Of a stretch of 44,840 bases of DNA, positions 11,517 through 25,078 are shown piece after piece. Source of the DNA: Nemertoderma westbladi (taxonomy: Eukaryota > Animalia > Xenacoelomorpha); the NCBI GenBank assembly GCA_032718475.1, contig JAUCBJ010008097.1, positions 1 through 44,840 on the forward strand, written 5' to 3'. A program made the position numbers and the translations under genes. A model generated the notes under the pieces. The model saw only the letters and a program-made list of their open reading frames with translations, did no database searches and was not told the DNA's origin. Every line of letters begins with the position of its first letter. The first letter of the stretch is position 1.

Positions 11517-13588
11517 TCTAATATATATAAATATCGATTGTCTGTCAGTCAGTCTGTCTGTCTGTGTGTTTGTCATCGGCTATACAATCGAACCCATCTC
11601 GATGAAATCTCGCTTGCTATAGCTCGTTAGAAAGGTCTCGCCCTAACTCGTTGCAACATAATACTCAGAGCCATCTGAAGTTCGTCCGTCTGCCGCTAGA
11701 GGGCGATTTTCGTCATTTTCGGGCGAAATTTATCGAATTATTTCGGTTCATCTATCGGTAATTAATGATTTAGAGGGCTAACATTTATCCCACCTGGTAT
11801 AAAATTAACATGGGTAGATTCGCCGTGTCCCATTCTCACAAAGTTTTTATTTTATTCGAGTGTTTAATATAAATATGTATGATTATTTATTGATTAAAAA
11901 TCAAATAGTGTATAAATATGTCATATTCGCCAAGCACGATCGAATTGGCCTATTGTTATTGAATTGGGAAGGATTGTTTTCTGTATCATAGCAACGTTAA
12001 GGTAATTATTGAACTCGCAGCTAGCTGGCACAGATAAGGAGCAAGCAAGCTGGAGTGTTGATTGGGGTGGGTTTGGGTTGTCTGTTGCGAATTGCTCAGA
12101 GTAATTCTGCTTTCTCAATCATTGGCTGCATGGAAGGAGAGGTTTATAACATTTTTGTTTTACTGTTATGAATATTAAAAGTAAAATAATTATTTCTGTA
12201 GGCCTGTACTTACTGTATTATTATTTTATCTAATATTATACATCTAATCTCGATGAAATCTCGCTTACTATAGCTCGTTAGATAGGTCTCGCCCTAACTC
12301 GTTGCAACGTAATACTCAGAGCCGTCTGAAGTTCCCCCATCTGCCGCTAGAGGGCAAATTGTCCGATAGTGAAAACCTGATCTCATTGGGTTGTTTTTAA
12401 TGCTTTTAAGTTGAAACTTGGTAGCTATATACTGCAGCATAGGCTGTATATTTCCGGAGTCACTGAGTTGTCTACAGTTCCCCAGTCTACCGTTAGAGGG
12501 CTAAATGTCTGCGAGTTAACATCTTCTCCAACTTTGTTATTTACAATCCGTTTAGACTGAAACTTGGTAGGCATCTACTACAACATAGACTGTATCTTTA
12601 CTGAGTCGCAGAATCGTCTACAATTCCCCACTCTACCGCTAGAGGGCGAAATGTTTGAAAGTTAACATCTTCTCAAACGTTGTTATTTATAATCCATTTA
12701 GACTGAACTTGGTAGGCATCTACTACAGCATAGGCTATATATTTACTGAGTCGTGCAGAGTTGTCTACATTACCCGCGTCTGCCGCTAGAGGGCGAAATG
12801 TATGAAAGTTAACATCTCCTCCAACTTTGTTATTTACAATCCTTTTAGACTGAAACTTGGTATGCATCTACTATACCATAGGCTATATCTTTGCAGAGTA
12901 GTAGAGTCGTCTACAGTTCCACAGTCAGCCGCTAGAGGGCGATATATCTGATAGTGAAAACCTCATCCCATTTGGTTCTTTTTAATCATTTTGAGCTGAA
13001 ACTTGGCAGGTATCTACTACATCATAGGCTGTATCTTTACGGAGTTGCAGAGTTGTATACAGTCCCCCCATCTGCCGCTAGAGGGCGAAATATCTGATAG
13101 TGAACACCTCATCCCATTTGGTTCTTTTTAATCCTATTGAGCTGTAACTTGGCAGGAATCTACTACAGCATATTCTGTATCTTTACGGAGTCCCAGAGTC
13201 GTCTACAGTTCTTCAGTCTACCGCTAGAGGGTGAAATGTCTGAATGTGAACATCTACACCAATTTTGTTATTTACAATCTGTTTAAGCTGAAACTTGAAA
13301 GGCAGGCATTTTACTTCACCATAAACCCCATCTTTACCAAACTGCAGCGCCGTCTGCATTTCACCAGTCCGCAGGTAGAGGGTGGGTCTGAAAGTGATCA
13401 TTTTCTGGAAATTTTGTTATTTACAATCTGCCTAAAGATGAAACTTGACAGTTATCTCTTAGGGGGATGGTGTTTTATTTAATGATGGTGTCTGTTCCGT
13501 ATGCAGTTCACAAATCTCCCACACATATTCATATATCATCTGCACGTGCACTAGAAAGCTGTGGCCCGAAGGGCCACAAGCTTTCTAG
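11517..13588 (+). mobile_element. Non-autonomous Helitron A1 (2072 bp) with internal 146-bp tandem repeats
   Basis: 5' TC(TAATATATATAAA) followed by (GTCT)n; 3' hairpin ctagaaagctgtggccc-gaa-gggccacaagctttCTAG; preceded by A and followed by T; no TSD. Confidence 0.9.
12290..13440 (+). repeat. 146-bp minisatellite, about 8 units, each with a CCGCTAGAGGGCG-type motif
   Basis: Motif starts at 12344, 12490, 12636, 12783, 12929, 13075 and 13221. Confidence 0.92.
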
Positions 13589-13595
13589 TATATTA

Positions 13596-14040
13596 AGAAA
13601 GATGTGTCGGCTTGTCAATAAAATTGCTCCACCTCAACTCCCTATCACCCATGACATTTGGTAGATAATCCGTATCTTCAAGTCCAGTGTCCTTTAAAAT
13701 GCGTCTCATAAAAGTCATGGGCTTACCACCATACATAGTGGTTCCATGAGGCCGCCAAAGCACAAGATTATGCACAGGCTGGTCCACACGGTGAAAGCAA
13801 TGTCCTGCAAAGCGGTGGCAGCTCAGTTCAAGTAAAAGCTTTCGGAGACTAATGAAACACTTCCGATGTTGTTCACAGACTGGTTATGGAGATGTGTTCA
13901 TTCTTCTTGACACAATGACCCCGGCGTAGCATTATTGTGAATGTCCCATCCAGAGGTTTTGTATACTCTGCAGTCAGTCAGAGACCAGCATGGACTCCCA
14001 TCTAAGAAGGCTGTCTCTACTGCTGCCCTAAATAAACTCT
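13596..14040 (-). mobile_element. RTE 3' fragment of the same family as 6582-7774
   Basis: DQPVHNLVLWRPHG..GGKPMTFMRRILKDTGLED matches ORF 7144-7737. Confidence 0.85.
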
Positions 14041-15159
14041 AAAAGGTTTACGTATGATATCAACAATTGGTACATTTGCAACAATATTATGCGAACTTTT
14101 CAGAGTTCTGGTGTTTTACTCTTAACGCAGTAAAGTACCGTATTGCAGCGTTGCGGCCTATAGGACGAACGTACTTATACTTCTATAACTAACTATCACT
14201 AACTTAGTAAATAATCTCTTAAACACGTCTGGATTCTTCTGCATAGCTTCATAGCAACCATTATATGCTAATTTTATAATTGTTTACCGTAACTTTGTTG
14301 TAATAACTGCAATTAATTAGTGATACAAATTAAATTGGATATGAATTACATCAATATTCCTAATTATTCCAATATCAAGTAATGAAAACTTTAAAAAAAT
14401 CGGAATTACTCGAACTTTTCTGAGAATTATCGATTTAGATAAACCAGCCCACACTACAATACAACTATTTTCTGGAATATAGTTTAAATAAAACGTGCAG
14501 CCATAAGCACTAGAACTTTCAATACAGTTGCGTGCATTATTATAAATAATATTAGGTTTATTTTAAGTCTTATTATACTGTTATACGGTTACATATCATA
14601 TTTCAACCTTAATTCAAGTGCCTCAAACTATTTGGATTGACCAGCCATTACATGTAAACTCACGTCTGAGATAAAGTTTAAATAAAACATGCAGCCTTAA
14701 GTAATGGAGCTGTCTTATGGTTGCATGTCATATTATAATAATAATTATTATGTTTTTTTATGTCATATTTTGGTCAATTAATAAATACAATATTATATAT
14801 GGTTAAATTAGTTAGTTAGTTGAATTATTTAAATGATTTAATCAATTGAAAATATAAAAGAAATGAAAGTACAATAATTTTTAGTTACTAATTTCATCAA
14901 AGAGTCTGTTTAATTAATAACTGCAATGAATTGGTTTTATGGCTGCATGTTTTATATAATCTATAGTTAATTTTGAGAAAGGACAGGCGCCGTATTTTTA
15001 GCTCTCACTAACCACAGGTTCTCTGGCTAGATAGCACAAACTTCACACTAAATATTGGCACAGAGAGACAAAAGATAGACAAATGGGACGGTTGCAGTAG
15101 AAAGGGCACATGGCCCAAAGTTCAAAGCTTTAGAATACATCTCTGAAACTACCGGACTA

Positions 15160-16470
15160 ATAGATCGACTGACAAACGGACAGACATACAAACTTTACAA
15201 ATGCTGCCAAACATGAAAACTGATACCGCAAATGCGATACGGTAAATGAAGTCAAAGTCCAAGAAAACAGACATTCTCAGGATTTTAGCCTTTGTAGGGT
15301 TTCATATTGTATTTTGACAGACAGATCGACTGACAAACGGACAGACGTATACAAACTGTACAATGCTGCCAAACATGAAAACTGATACCGTAAATGAAGT
15401 CAGAGTCCAAGAAAACAGACATTCCCGGGATTTTAGCTTTGTATGGTGTCATATTGTATTTTGACAGACACATCGACTGACAAACGGACAGACATACAAA
15501 CTGTTCAATTGCTGCCAAACATGACAACTGACACAGTAAATGAGGTCAGAGTCCAAGAAAACAGATATTCTCCGGGATTTTAGCTTTGTATGGTGTCATA
15601 TTGTATTTTGACAGACAGATCGACTGACAAACGGACTGTCATACTAAACTGTACAATGCTGCCAAACATGAAAACTGATACGGTAAATGAAGTCAGAGTC
15701 CAAGAAAACAGACATTCTCAGGATTTTAGCATTTGAAGGGTGTCATATTGTATTTTGACAGACACATCGACTGACAAATGGACAGACATACAAACTGTTC
15801 AATTGCTGCCAAACATGACAACTGAAACAGTAAATGAAGTCAGAGTCCAAGAAAACAGACATTCCCGGGATTTTAGCTTTGTATGGTGTCATATTGTATT
15901 TTGACAGACAGATTGACTGACAAACGGACAGTCATAATAAACTGTACAATGCTGCTAAACATGAAAACTGATACGGTAAATGAAGTCAGAGTCCAAGAAA
16001 ACAGACATTCTCAGGATTTTAGAATTTGAAGGGTGTCATATTGTATTTTGACAGACACATCGACTGACAAATGGACAGACATACAAACTGTTCAATTGCT
16101 GCCAAACATGACAACTGAAACAGTAAATGAAGTCAGAGTCCAAGAAAACAGACATTCCCGGGATTTTAGCTTTGTATGGTGTCATATTGTATTTTGACAG
16201 ACAGATCGACTGACAAACGGACAGACATACAAACTTTACAAATGCTGCCAAACATCAAAACTGATTGATACCGTAAATGAAGTCTGAGTCGAAGAAAACA
16301 GTCATTACCGTGATTTTAGCTTTGTAAGGTGTCATATTGTTTTTTGACAAACGAACAGACATACAAACTGTAAAAATGCCGCCAAACTTGAAAACTGATA
16401 TGGGAAATGAAATCAGTGATGAAAAAAACTACATATGGAAGATTTTAGCTGTCTGGTCTAATATATTGTA
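15160..16470. repeat. Second minisatellite, 146-147-bp period, about 8-9 units, alternating dimeric structure
   Basis: gactgacaaa at 15328, 15475, 15622, 15769, 15915, 16062 and 16208; ttctcagga and cccggga variants alternate. Confidence 0.92.
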
Positions 16471-16600
16471 TATGGATATGAGCCCCTGCAAATGTCGGTA
16501 CAAATATAGATTAATTATTGCTACAATCAGATAATAATTGATGAAACTTTTATACCCAATATTTCTTCTATCTTTCTATTGGTATCAACAAACATCTATA

Positions 16601-17100
16601 ACTACTAATACTACTATCGGCATGTTGCATTGCGGCTGCATTAATTATATCAAGTATATTAAGAAAGATGTGTCGGCTTGTCGATAAAATTGCTCCACCT
16701 CAACTCCCTATCACCCATGACATTTGCTACATCATCCGCATCTTCAAGTCCAGTGTTCTTTAAAATGCGTCTCAAGAAAGTCATGGGCTAACCATCATAC
16801 ATAGTCGTTCCATGAGGCCGCCAAAGCACAAGATTATGCACAGGCTGGTCCACAGGGTGAAAGCAATGTCCTACAAGGCGGTGGCAGCTCAGTTCAAGTA
16901 AAAGCTTTCGGAGACTAATGAAACACTTCCGATGTTGTTCACAGTCTGGTTATGGAGATGTGTTCATTCTTCTTGACACAATGACCCCGGCGTAGCATTA
17001 TTGTGAATGTCCCATCCAGAGGTTTTGTATACTCTGCAGTCAGTCAGAGACCAGCATGGACTCCCATCTAAGAAGGCTGTCTCTACTGCTGCCCTAAATA
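16601..17100 (-). mobile_element. RTE 3' end (tail, 3'UTR and ORF end), continuous across the B1/B2 junction
   Basis: tactactatcggcatgttgcattgcggctgca matches the reverse complement of 7741-7774 and continues into ttaagaaagatgtgtcggcttgtc. Confidence 0.85.
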
Positions 17101-18824
17101 AACTCTAAAAGGTTTACGTGTGATATCAACAATTGGTACATTTGCAACAATATTATGCGAACTTTTCAGAGTTCTGGTGTTTTACTCTTAACGCAGTAAA
17201 GTACCGTATTGCAGCGTTGCGGCCTATAGGACGAACGTACTTATACTTCTATAACTAACTATCACTAACTTAGTAAATATTCTCTTAAACACGTCTGTTT
17301 CTTCTGCATAGCTTCATAGCAACCATTATATGCTAATTTTATAATTGTTTACCGTAACATTGTTGTAATAACTGCAATTAATTAGTGATACAAATTAAAT
17401 TGGATATGAATTACATCAATATTCCTAATTATTCCAATATCAAGTAATGAAAACTTTAAAAAAATCGGAATTACTCGAACTTTTCTGAGAATTATCGATT
17501 TAGATAAACCAGCCCACACTACAATACAACTATTTTCTGGAATATAGTTTAAATAAAACGTGCAGCCATAAGCACTAGAACTTTCAATACAGTTGCGTGC
17601 ATTATTATAAATAATATTAGGTTTATTTTAAGTCTTATTATACTGTTATACGGTTACATATCATATTTCAACCTTAATTCAAGTGTCTCAATCTATTTAG
17701 ATAAACCAGCCATTACATGTAAACTCACGTCTGAGATAAAGTTTAAATAAAACATGTAGCCTTAAGCAATGGAGCTCTCTTATGGTTGCATGTTATATTA
17801 TAATAATAATTATTATGTTTTTTATGTCATATTTTGGTCAATTAATTAATACAATATTATAAATGGTTAAATTAGTTAGTTAGTTGAATTATTTAAATGA
17901 TTTAATCCCTTGAAAATATAAAAGAAATGAAAGTACAATAATTTGTAGTTACTAATTTTATCAAAGAGTCTGTTTAATTAATAACTGCAATGAATTGGTT
18001 TTATGGCTGCATGTTTTATATAATCTATAGTTAATTTTGAGAAAGGACAGGCGCCGTATTTTTAGCTCTCACTAACCACAGGTTCTCTGGCTAGATAGCA
18101 CAAACTTCACACTAAATATTGGTACAGAGAGACAAAAAATAGACAAATGGGACGGTTGCAGTAGAAAGGGCACATGGCCCAAAGTTCAAAGCTTTAGAAT
18201 ACATCTCGGAAACTACCGGACTAATAGATCAACTGACAAACGGACAGACATACAAACTTTACAAATGCTGCCAAACATGAAAACTGATACCGTAAATGAA
18301 GTCAGAGTCCAAAAAACAGACATTTCCAATATTTAAGCTTTATAGGGTGTCATATTGTATTTTGACAGACAGATCGACTGACAAACGGACAGACATACAA
18401 AGTTTACAAACGCTGCCAAATATGAAAACTGATACCGTAATTGAAGTCAGAATCCAAAAAAACAGACATAACCGTGATTTTAGCTTTGTAGGGTGTCATA
18501 TTGTTTTTCGACAAACGAACAGACATACAAACTGTACAAATGACGCCAAACTGTAAAACTGATATGGGAAATGACATCAGTGATGAAAATCTACATATGG
18601 AAAATTTTAGCTGTCTGGTCTAATATATTGTATATGGATACGAGCCCCAGCAAATGTCGGTACACATATAGATTAATTGCTACAAGCAGATAATAATTGA
18701 TGAAACTTTTATACCCAATATTTCTTCTACCTTTCTATTGGTATCAACAAACATCTATAACTACTACTACTACTACTACTGTACTATCGGCATGTTGCAT
18801 TGCGGCTGCATTAATTATATCAAA
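16655..18824. repeat. Passenger unit B2 (2170 bp), with only about 2-3 minisatellite units
   Basis: Diverged tandem copy of B1. Confidence 0.9.
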
Positions 18825-20896
18825 TCTAATATATATAAATATCGATTGTCTGTCAGTCAGTCTGTCTGTCTGTGTGTTTGTCATCGGCTATACAATCGAA
18901 CCCATCTCGATGAAATCTCGCTTGCTATAGCTCGTTAGAAAGGTCTCGCCCTAACTCGTTGCAACATAATACTCAGAGCCATCTGAAGTTCGTCCGTCTG
19001 CCGCTAGAGGGCGATTTTCGTCATTTTCGGGCGAAATTTATCGAATTATTTCGGTTCATCTATCGGTAATTAATGATTTAGAGGGCTAACATTTATCCCA
19101 CCTGGTATAAAATTAACATGGGTAGATTCGCCGTGTCCCATTCTCACAAAGTTTTTATTTTATTCGAGTGTTTAATATAAATATGTATGATTATTTATTG
19201 ATTAAAAATCAAATAGTGTATAAATATGTCATATTCGCCAAGCACGATCGAATTGGCCTATTGTTATTGAATTGGGAAGGATTGTTTTCTGTATCATAGC
19301 AACGTTAAGGTAATTATTGAACTCGCAGCTAGCTGGCACAGATAAGGAGCAAGCAGGCTGGAGTGTTGATTGGGGTGGGTTTGGGTTGTCTGTTGCGAAT
19401 TGCTCAGAGTAATTCTGCTTTCTCAATCATTGGCTGCATGGAAGGAGAGGTTTATAACATTTTTGTTTTACTGTTATGAATATTAAAAGTAAAATAATTA
19501 TTTCTGTAGGCCTGTACTTACTGTATTATTATTTTATCTAATATTATACATCTAATCTCGATGAAATCTCGCTTACTATAGCTCGTTAGATAGGTCTCGC
19601 CCTAACTCGTTGCAACGTAATACTCAGAGCCGTCTGAAGTTCCCCCATCTGCCGCTAGAGGGCAAATTGTCCGATAGTGAAAACCTGATCTCATTGGGTT
19701 GTTTTTAATGCTTTTAAGTTGAAACTTGGTAGCTATATACTGCAGCATAGGCTGTATATTTCCGGAGTCACTGAGTTGTCTACAATTCCCCAGTCTACCG
19801 TTAGAGGGCTAAATGTCTGCGAGTTAACATCTTCTCCAACTTTGTTATTTACAATCCGTTTAGACTGAAACTTGGTAGGCATCTACTACAACATAGACTG
19901 TATCTTTACTGAGTCGCAGAATCGTCTACAATTCCCCACTCTACCGCTAGAGGGCGAAATGTTTGAAAGTTAACATCTTCTCAAACGTTGTTATTTATAA
20001 TCCATTTAGACTGAACTTGGTAGGCATCTACTACAGCATAGGCTATATATTTACTGAGTCGTGCAGAGTTGTCTACATTACCCGCGTCTGCCGCTAGAGG
20101 GCGAAATGTATGAAAGTTAACATCTCCTCCAACTTTGTTATTTACAATCCTTTTAGACTGAAACTTGGTATGCATCTACTATACCATAGGCTATATCTTT
20201 GCAGAGTAGTAGAGTCGTCTACAGTTCCACAGTCAGCCGCTAGAGGGCGATATATCTGATAGTGAAAACCTCATCCCATTTGGTTCTTTTTAATCATTTT
20301 GAGCTGAAACTTGGCAGGTATCTACTACATCATAGGCTGTATCTTTACGGAGTTGCAGAGTTGTATACAGTCCCCCCATCTGCCGCTAGAGGGCGAAATA
20401 TCTGATAGTGAACACCTCATCCCATTTGGTTCTTTTTAATCCTATTGAGCTGTAACTTGGCAGGAATCTACTACAGCATATTCTGTATCTTTACGGAGTC
20501 CCAGAGTCGTCTACAGTTCTTCAGTCTACCGCTAGAGGGTGAAATGTCTGAATGTGAACATCTACACCAATTTTGTTATTTACAATCTGTTTAAGCTGAA
20601 ACTTGAAAGGCAGGCATTTTACTTCACCATAAACCCCATCTTTACCAAACTGCAGCGCCGTCTGCATTTCACCAGTCCGCAGGTAGAGGGTGGGTCTGAA
20701 AGTGATCATTTTCTGGAAATTTTGTTATTTACAATCTGCCTAAAGATGAAACTTGACAGTTATCTCTTAGGGGGATGGTGTTTTATTTAATGATGGTGTC
20801 TGTTCCGTATGCAGTTCACAAATCTCCCACACATATTCATATATCATCTGCACGTGCACTAGAAAGCTGTGGCCCGAAGGGCCACAAGCTTTCTAG
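18825..20896 (+). mobile_element. Helitron A2 (2072 bp), nearly identical to A1
   Basis: Offset 7308; only two substitutions noticed by eye; same TC and hairpin-CTAG ends. Confidence 0.92.
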
Positions 20897-20918
20897 TCTA
20901 ATATATATAAATCTCGAT

Positions 20919-20950
<32 letters not shown>

Positions 20951-23900
20951 ATCAGCTATACAATCGAACCCATCTCGATGAAATCTCGCTTGCTATAGCT
21001 CGTTAGAAAGGTCTCGCTCTAACTCGTTGCAACGTAATACTCAGAGTCGTCTGAAGTTCACCCGTCTGCCGCTAGAGGGCGATTTTCGTGATTTTCGGGC
21101 GAAATTTATCGATTTATTTCGGTTCTTCTATCGGTAATTAATGATTTAGAGGGCTAACATTTATCCCATCTGGTATAAAATTAACATGAGTAGATTCGCC
21201 GTGTCCCATTCTCACAAAGTTTTTATTTTATTCGAGTGTTTAATATAAATATGTATGATTATTTATTGATTAAAAACCAAATAGTGTATAAATATGTCAT
21301 ATTCGCCAAGCACGATCGAATTGGCCTATTCTTAGTGCTGTAGTGAATATAGGGAAGGATTTTTTTCTGTATCATAGCAACGTTAAGGTAATTATTGAAA
21401 TCGCAGCTAGCTGGGCACAGATAAGGAGCAAGCCAGGCTGTAGTGTTGATTGGGGTGGGTTTGGGTTGTCTGTTGCGAACTGCTCAAGTGTAATTCTGCT
21501 TTCTCAATCATTGGCTGCATGGAAGGAGAGGTTTATAACATTTTTGTTTTACTGTTATGAATATTAAAAGTAAAATAATTATTTCTGTAGGCCTATACTT
21601 ACTGTATTATTATTTTATCTAATATTATACATCTAATCTCGATGAAATCTCGCTTACTATAGCTCGTTAGATAGGTCTTGCCCTAACTCGTTGCAACGTA
21701 ATACTCAGAGCCGTCTGAAGTTTCCCCATCTGCCGCTAGAGGGCGAATTGTCCGATAGTGAAAACCTGATCTCATTGGGTTGTTTTTAATGCTTTTGAGC
21801 TGAAACTTGGTAGCTATATACTGCAGCATAGGCTGTATATTTCCGGAGTCACTGAGTTGTCCACAGTTCCCCACTCTACCGTTAGAGGGCTAAATGTCTG
21901 AGAGTTAACATCTTCTCCAACTTTGTTATTTACAATCCGTTTAGACTGAAACTTGGTAGGCATCTACTACAGCATAGGCTGTATCTTTACTGAGTCGCAG
22001 AGTCGTCTACAATTCCCCAGTCTACCGCTAGAGGGCGAAATGTCTGAAAGTTAACATCTTCTCCAACTTTGTTATTTATAATCCATTTAGACTGAACTTG
22101 GTAGGCATCTACTACAGCATAGGCTATATCTTTACTGAGTCGCGCAGAGTTGTCTACATTACCCGCGTCTGCCGCTAGAGGGTGAAATGTATGAAAGTTA
22201 ACATCTTCTCCAACTTTGTTATTTACAATCCTTTTAGACTGAAACTTGGTAGGCATCTACTATAGCATAGGCTATATCTTTGCGGAGTAGTAGAGTCGTC
22301 TACAGTTCCACAGTCAGCCGCTAGAGGGCGAATTGTCTGATAGTGAAAACCTCATCCCATTTGGTTCTTTTTAATCATTTTGAGCTGAAACTTGGTTGGT
22401 ATCTACTACATCATAGGCTGTATCTTTACGGGGTTGCAGAATCCTATTCACTTCCCCAGTCTACCGCTAGAGGGTGAAATGTCTGAAAGTTAACATCTTC
22501 TACAACTTTGTTATTTACTAACGGTTTAGACTGAAACTTGGTAGGCATCTACTACAGCATAGGCTGTACCTTTACGGAGTCACAGCGTTGTATACAGTCC
22601 CCCCATCTGCCGCTAGAGGGCGACATATCTGATAGTGAACACCTCATCCCATTTGGTTCTTTTTAATTCTATTGAGCTGGAACTTGGCAGGAATCTACTA
22701 CAGCATATTCTGTATCTTTACGGAGTCCCAGAGTCGTCTACAGTTCTTCAATCTACCGCTAGAGGGTGAAATGTCTGAATGTGAACATCTACACCAATTT
22801 TGTTATTTACAATCTGTTTAAGCTGAAACTTGAAAGGCAGGCATTTTACTTCACCATAAACCCCATCTTTACCAAACTGCAGCGCCGTCTGCATTTCACC
22901 AGTCCGCAGGTAGAGGGTGGATCTGAAAGTGATCATTTTCTGGAAATTTTGTTATTTACAATCTGCCTAAAGTTGAAACTTTCTATTGCGAATTGCTCAA
23001 GAGTAATTAATTCTGCTTTCTCAATCATTGGCTGCATGGAAGGAGAGGTTTATAACATTTTTGTTTTACTGTTATGAATATTAAAAGTAAAATAATTATT
23101 TCTGTAGGCCTATACTTACTGTATTATTATTTTATCTAATATTATACATCTAATCTCGATGAAATCTCGCTTACTATAGCTCGTTAGATAGGTCTCGCCC
23201 TAACTCGTTGCAACGTAATACTCAGAGCCGTCTGAAGTTCCACCGTCTGCCGCTAGAGGGCGAATTATCCGATAGTGAAAACCTGATCTTATAGGGTTGT
23301 TTTTAATGCTTTTGAGCTGAAACGTGGTAGCTATATACTGCAGCATAGGCTGTATATTTCCGGAGTCACTGGGTTGTCTACAGTTCCCCAGTCTACCGTT
23401 AGAGGGCTAAATGTCTGAGAGTTAACATCTTCTCCAACTTTATTATTTACAATCCGTTTTGACTGAAACTTGGTAGGCATCTACTACAGCATAGGCTGAA
23501 TCTTTACTGAGTCGCAGAGTCGTCTACAATTTCTCAGTCTACCGCTAGAGGGCGAAATGTCTGCAAGTTAACATCTTCTCCAACTTTGTTATTTATAATC
23601 CATTTAGACTGAACTTGGTAGGCATCTACTACAGCATAGGCTATATCTTTACTGAGTCGCGCAGAGTTGTCTACAGTACCCGCGTCTGCCGCTAGAGGGC
23701 GAAATGTATGAAAGTTAACATCTTCTCCAACTTTGTTATTTAGAAACCTTTTAGACTGAAACTTGGTAGGCATCTACTATAGAATAGGCTATATCTTTGC
23801 GGAGTAGTAGAGTCGTCTACAGTTCCACAGTCAGCCGCAAGAGGGCGAATTGTCTGATAGTGAAAACCTCATCCCATTTGGTTCTTTTTAATCCTTTTGA

Positions 23901-25078
23901 GCTGAAACTTGGCAGGTATCTACTACATCCTAGGCTCTATCTTTACGGAGTTGCAGAGTCCTATACACTTCCCCAGTCTACCGCTAGAGGGTGAAATGTC
24001 TGAAAGTTACCATCTTCTCCAACTTTGTTATTTATAATCCATTTAGACTGAACTTGGTAGGCATGTACTACAGCATAGGCTATATCTTTACTGAGTCGCG
24101 CAGAGTTGTCTACATTACCCGCGTCTGCCGCTAGAGGGCGAAATGTATGAAAGTTAACATCTCCTCCAACTTTGTAATTTACAATCCTTTTAGACTGAAA
24201 CTTGGTAGACATCTACTATAGCATAGGCTATATCTTTGTGGAGTAGTAGAGTCGTCTACAGTTCCACAGTCAGCCGCTAGAGGGGGAATTGTCTGATAGT
24301 GAAAACCTCATCCCATTGGTTCTTTTTAATCATTTTGAGCTGAAACTTGGCAGGTATCTACTACATCATAGGATGTATCTTTACGGAGTTGCAGAGTCCT
24401 ATACACTTCCCCAGTCTACCGCTAGAGGGTGAAATGTCTGAAAGTTAACATCTTCTCCAACTTTGTTATTTACTAACGGTTTAGACTGAAACTTGGTAGG
24501 CATCTACTACAACATAGGCTGTACCTTTACAGATTCGCAGAGTTGTATACAGTCCCCCCCTTTGACGCTAGAGGGCGAAATATCTGATAGTGAACACCTC
24601 ATCCCATTTGGTTCTTTTTAATCCTATTGAGCTGGAACTTGGCAGGAATCTACTACAGCATATTCTGTATCTTTACGGAGTCCTAGAGTCGTCTACAGTT
24701 CTTCAGTCTACCGCTAGAGGGTGAAATGTTTGAATATGAACATCTACACCAATTTTGTTATTTACAATCTGTTTAAGCTGAAACTTGAAAGGCAGGCATT
24801 TTACTTCACCATAAACCCCATCTTTACCAAACTGCAGCGCCGTCTGCATTTCACCAGTCCGCAGGTAGAGGGTGGATCTGAAAGTGATCATTTTCTGGAA
24901 ATTTTGTTATTTACAATCTGCCTAAAGTTGAAACTTGACAGTTATCTCTTATGGGGGTGGTGTTTTATTTAATGATGGTGTCTGTTCCGTATGCAGTTCT
25001 CAAATCTCCCACACATATTCATATATCATCTGCACGTGCACTAGAAAGCTGTGGCCCGAAGGGCCACAGGCTTTCTAG
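20897..25078 (+). mobile_element. Helitron C1 (4182 bp), a longer variant with an internal duplication (junction ~22980) and about 20 motif copies
   Basis: Starts TCTAAT immediately after the A2 CTAG; ends in the hairpin plus CTAG at 25078. Confidence 0.92.

Larger units (their letters stand above)
13589..16654. repeat. Passenger unit B1 (3066 bp): minus-strand RTE fragment, AT-rich DNA and a second minisatellite
   Basis: Colinear with 16655-18824. Confidence 0.9.
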
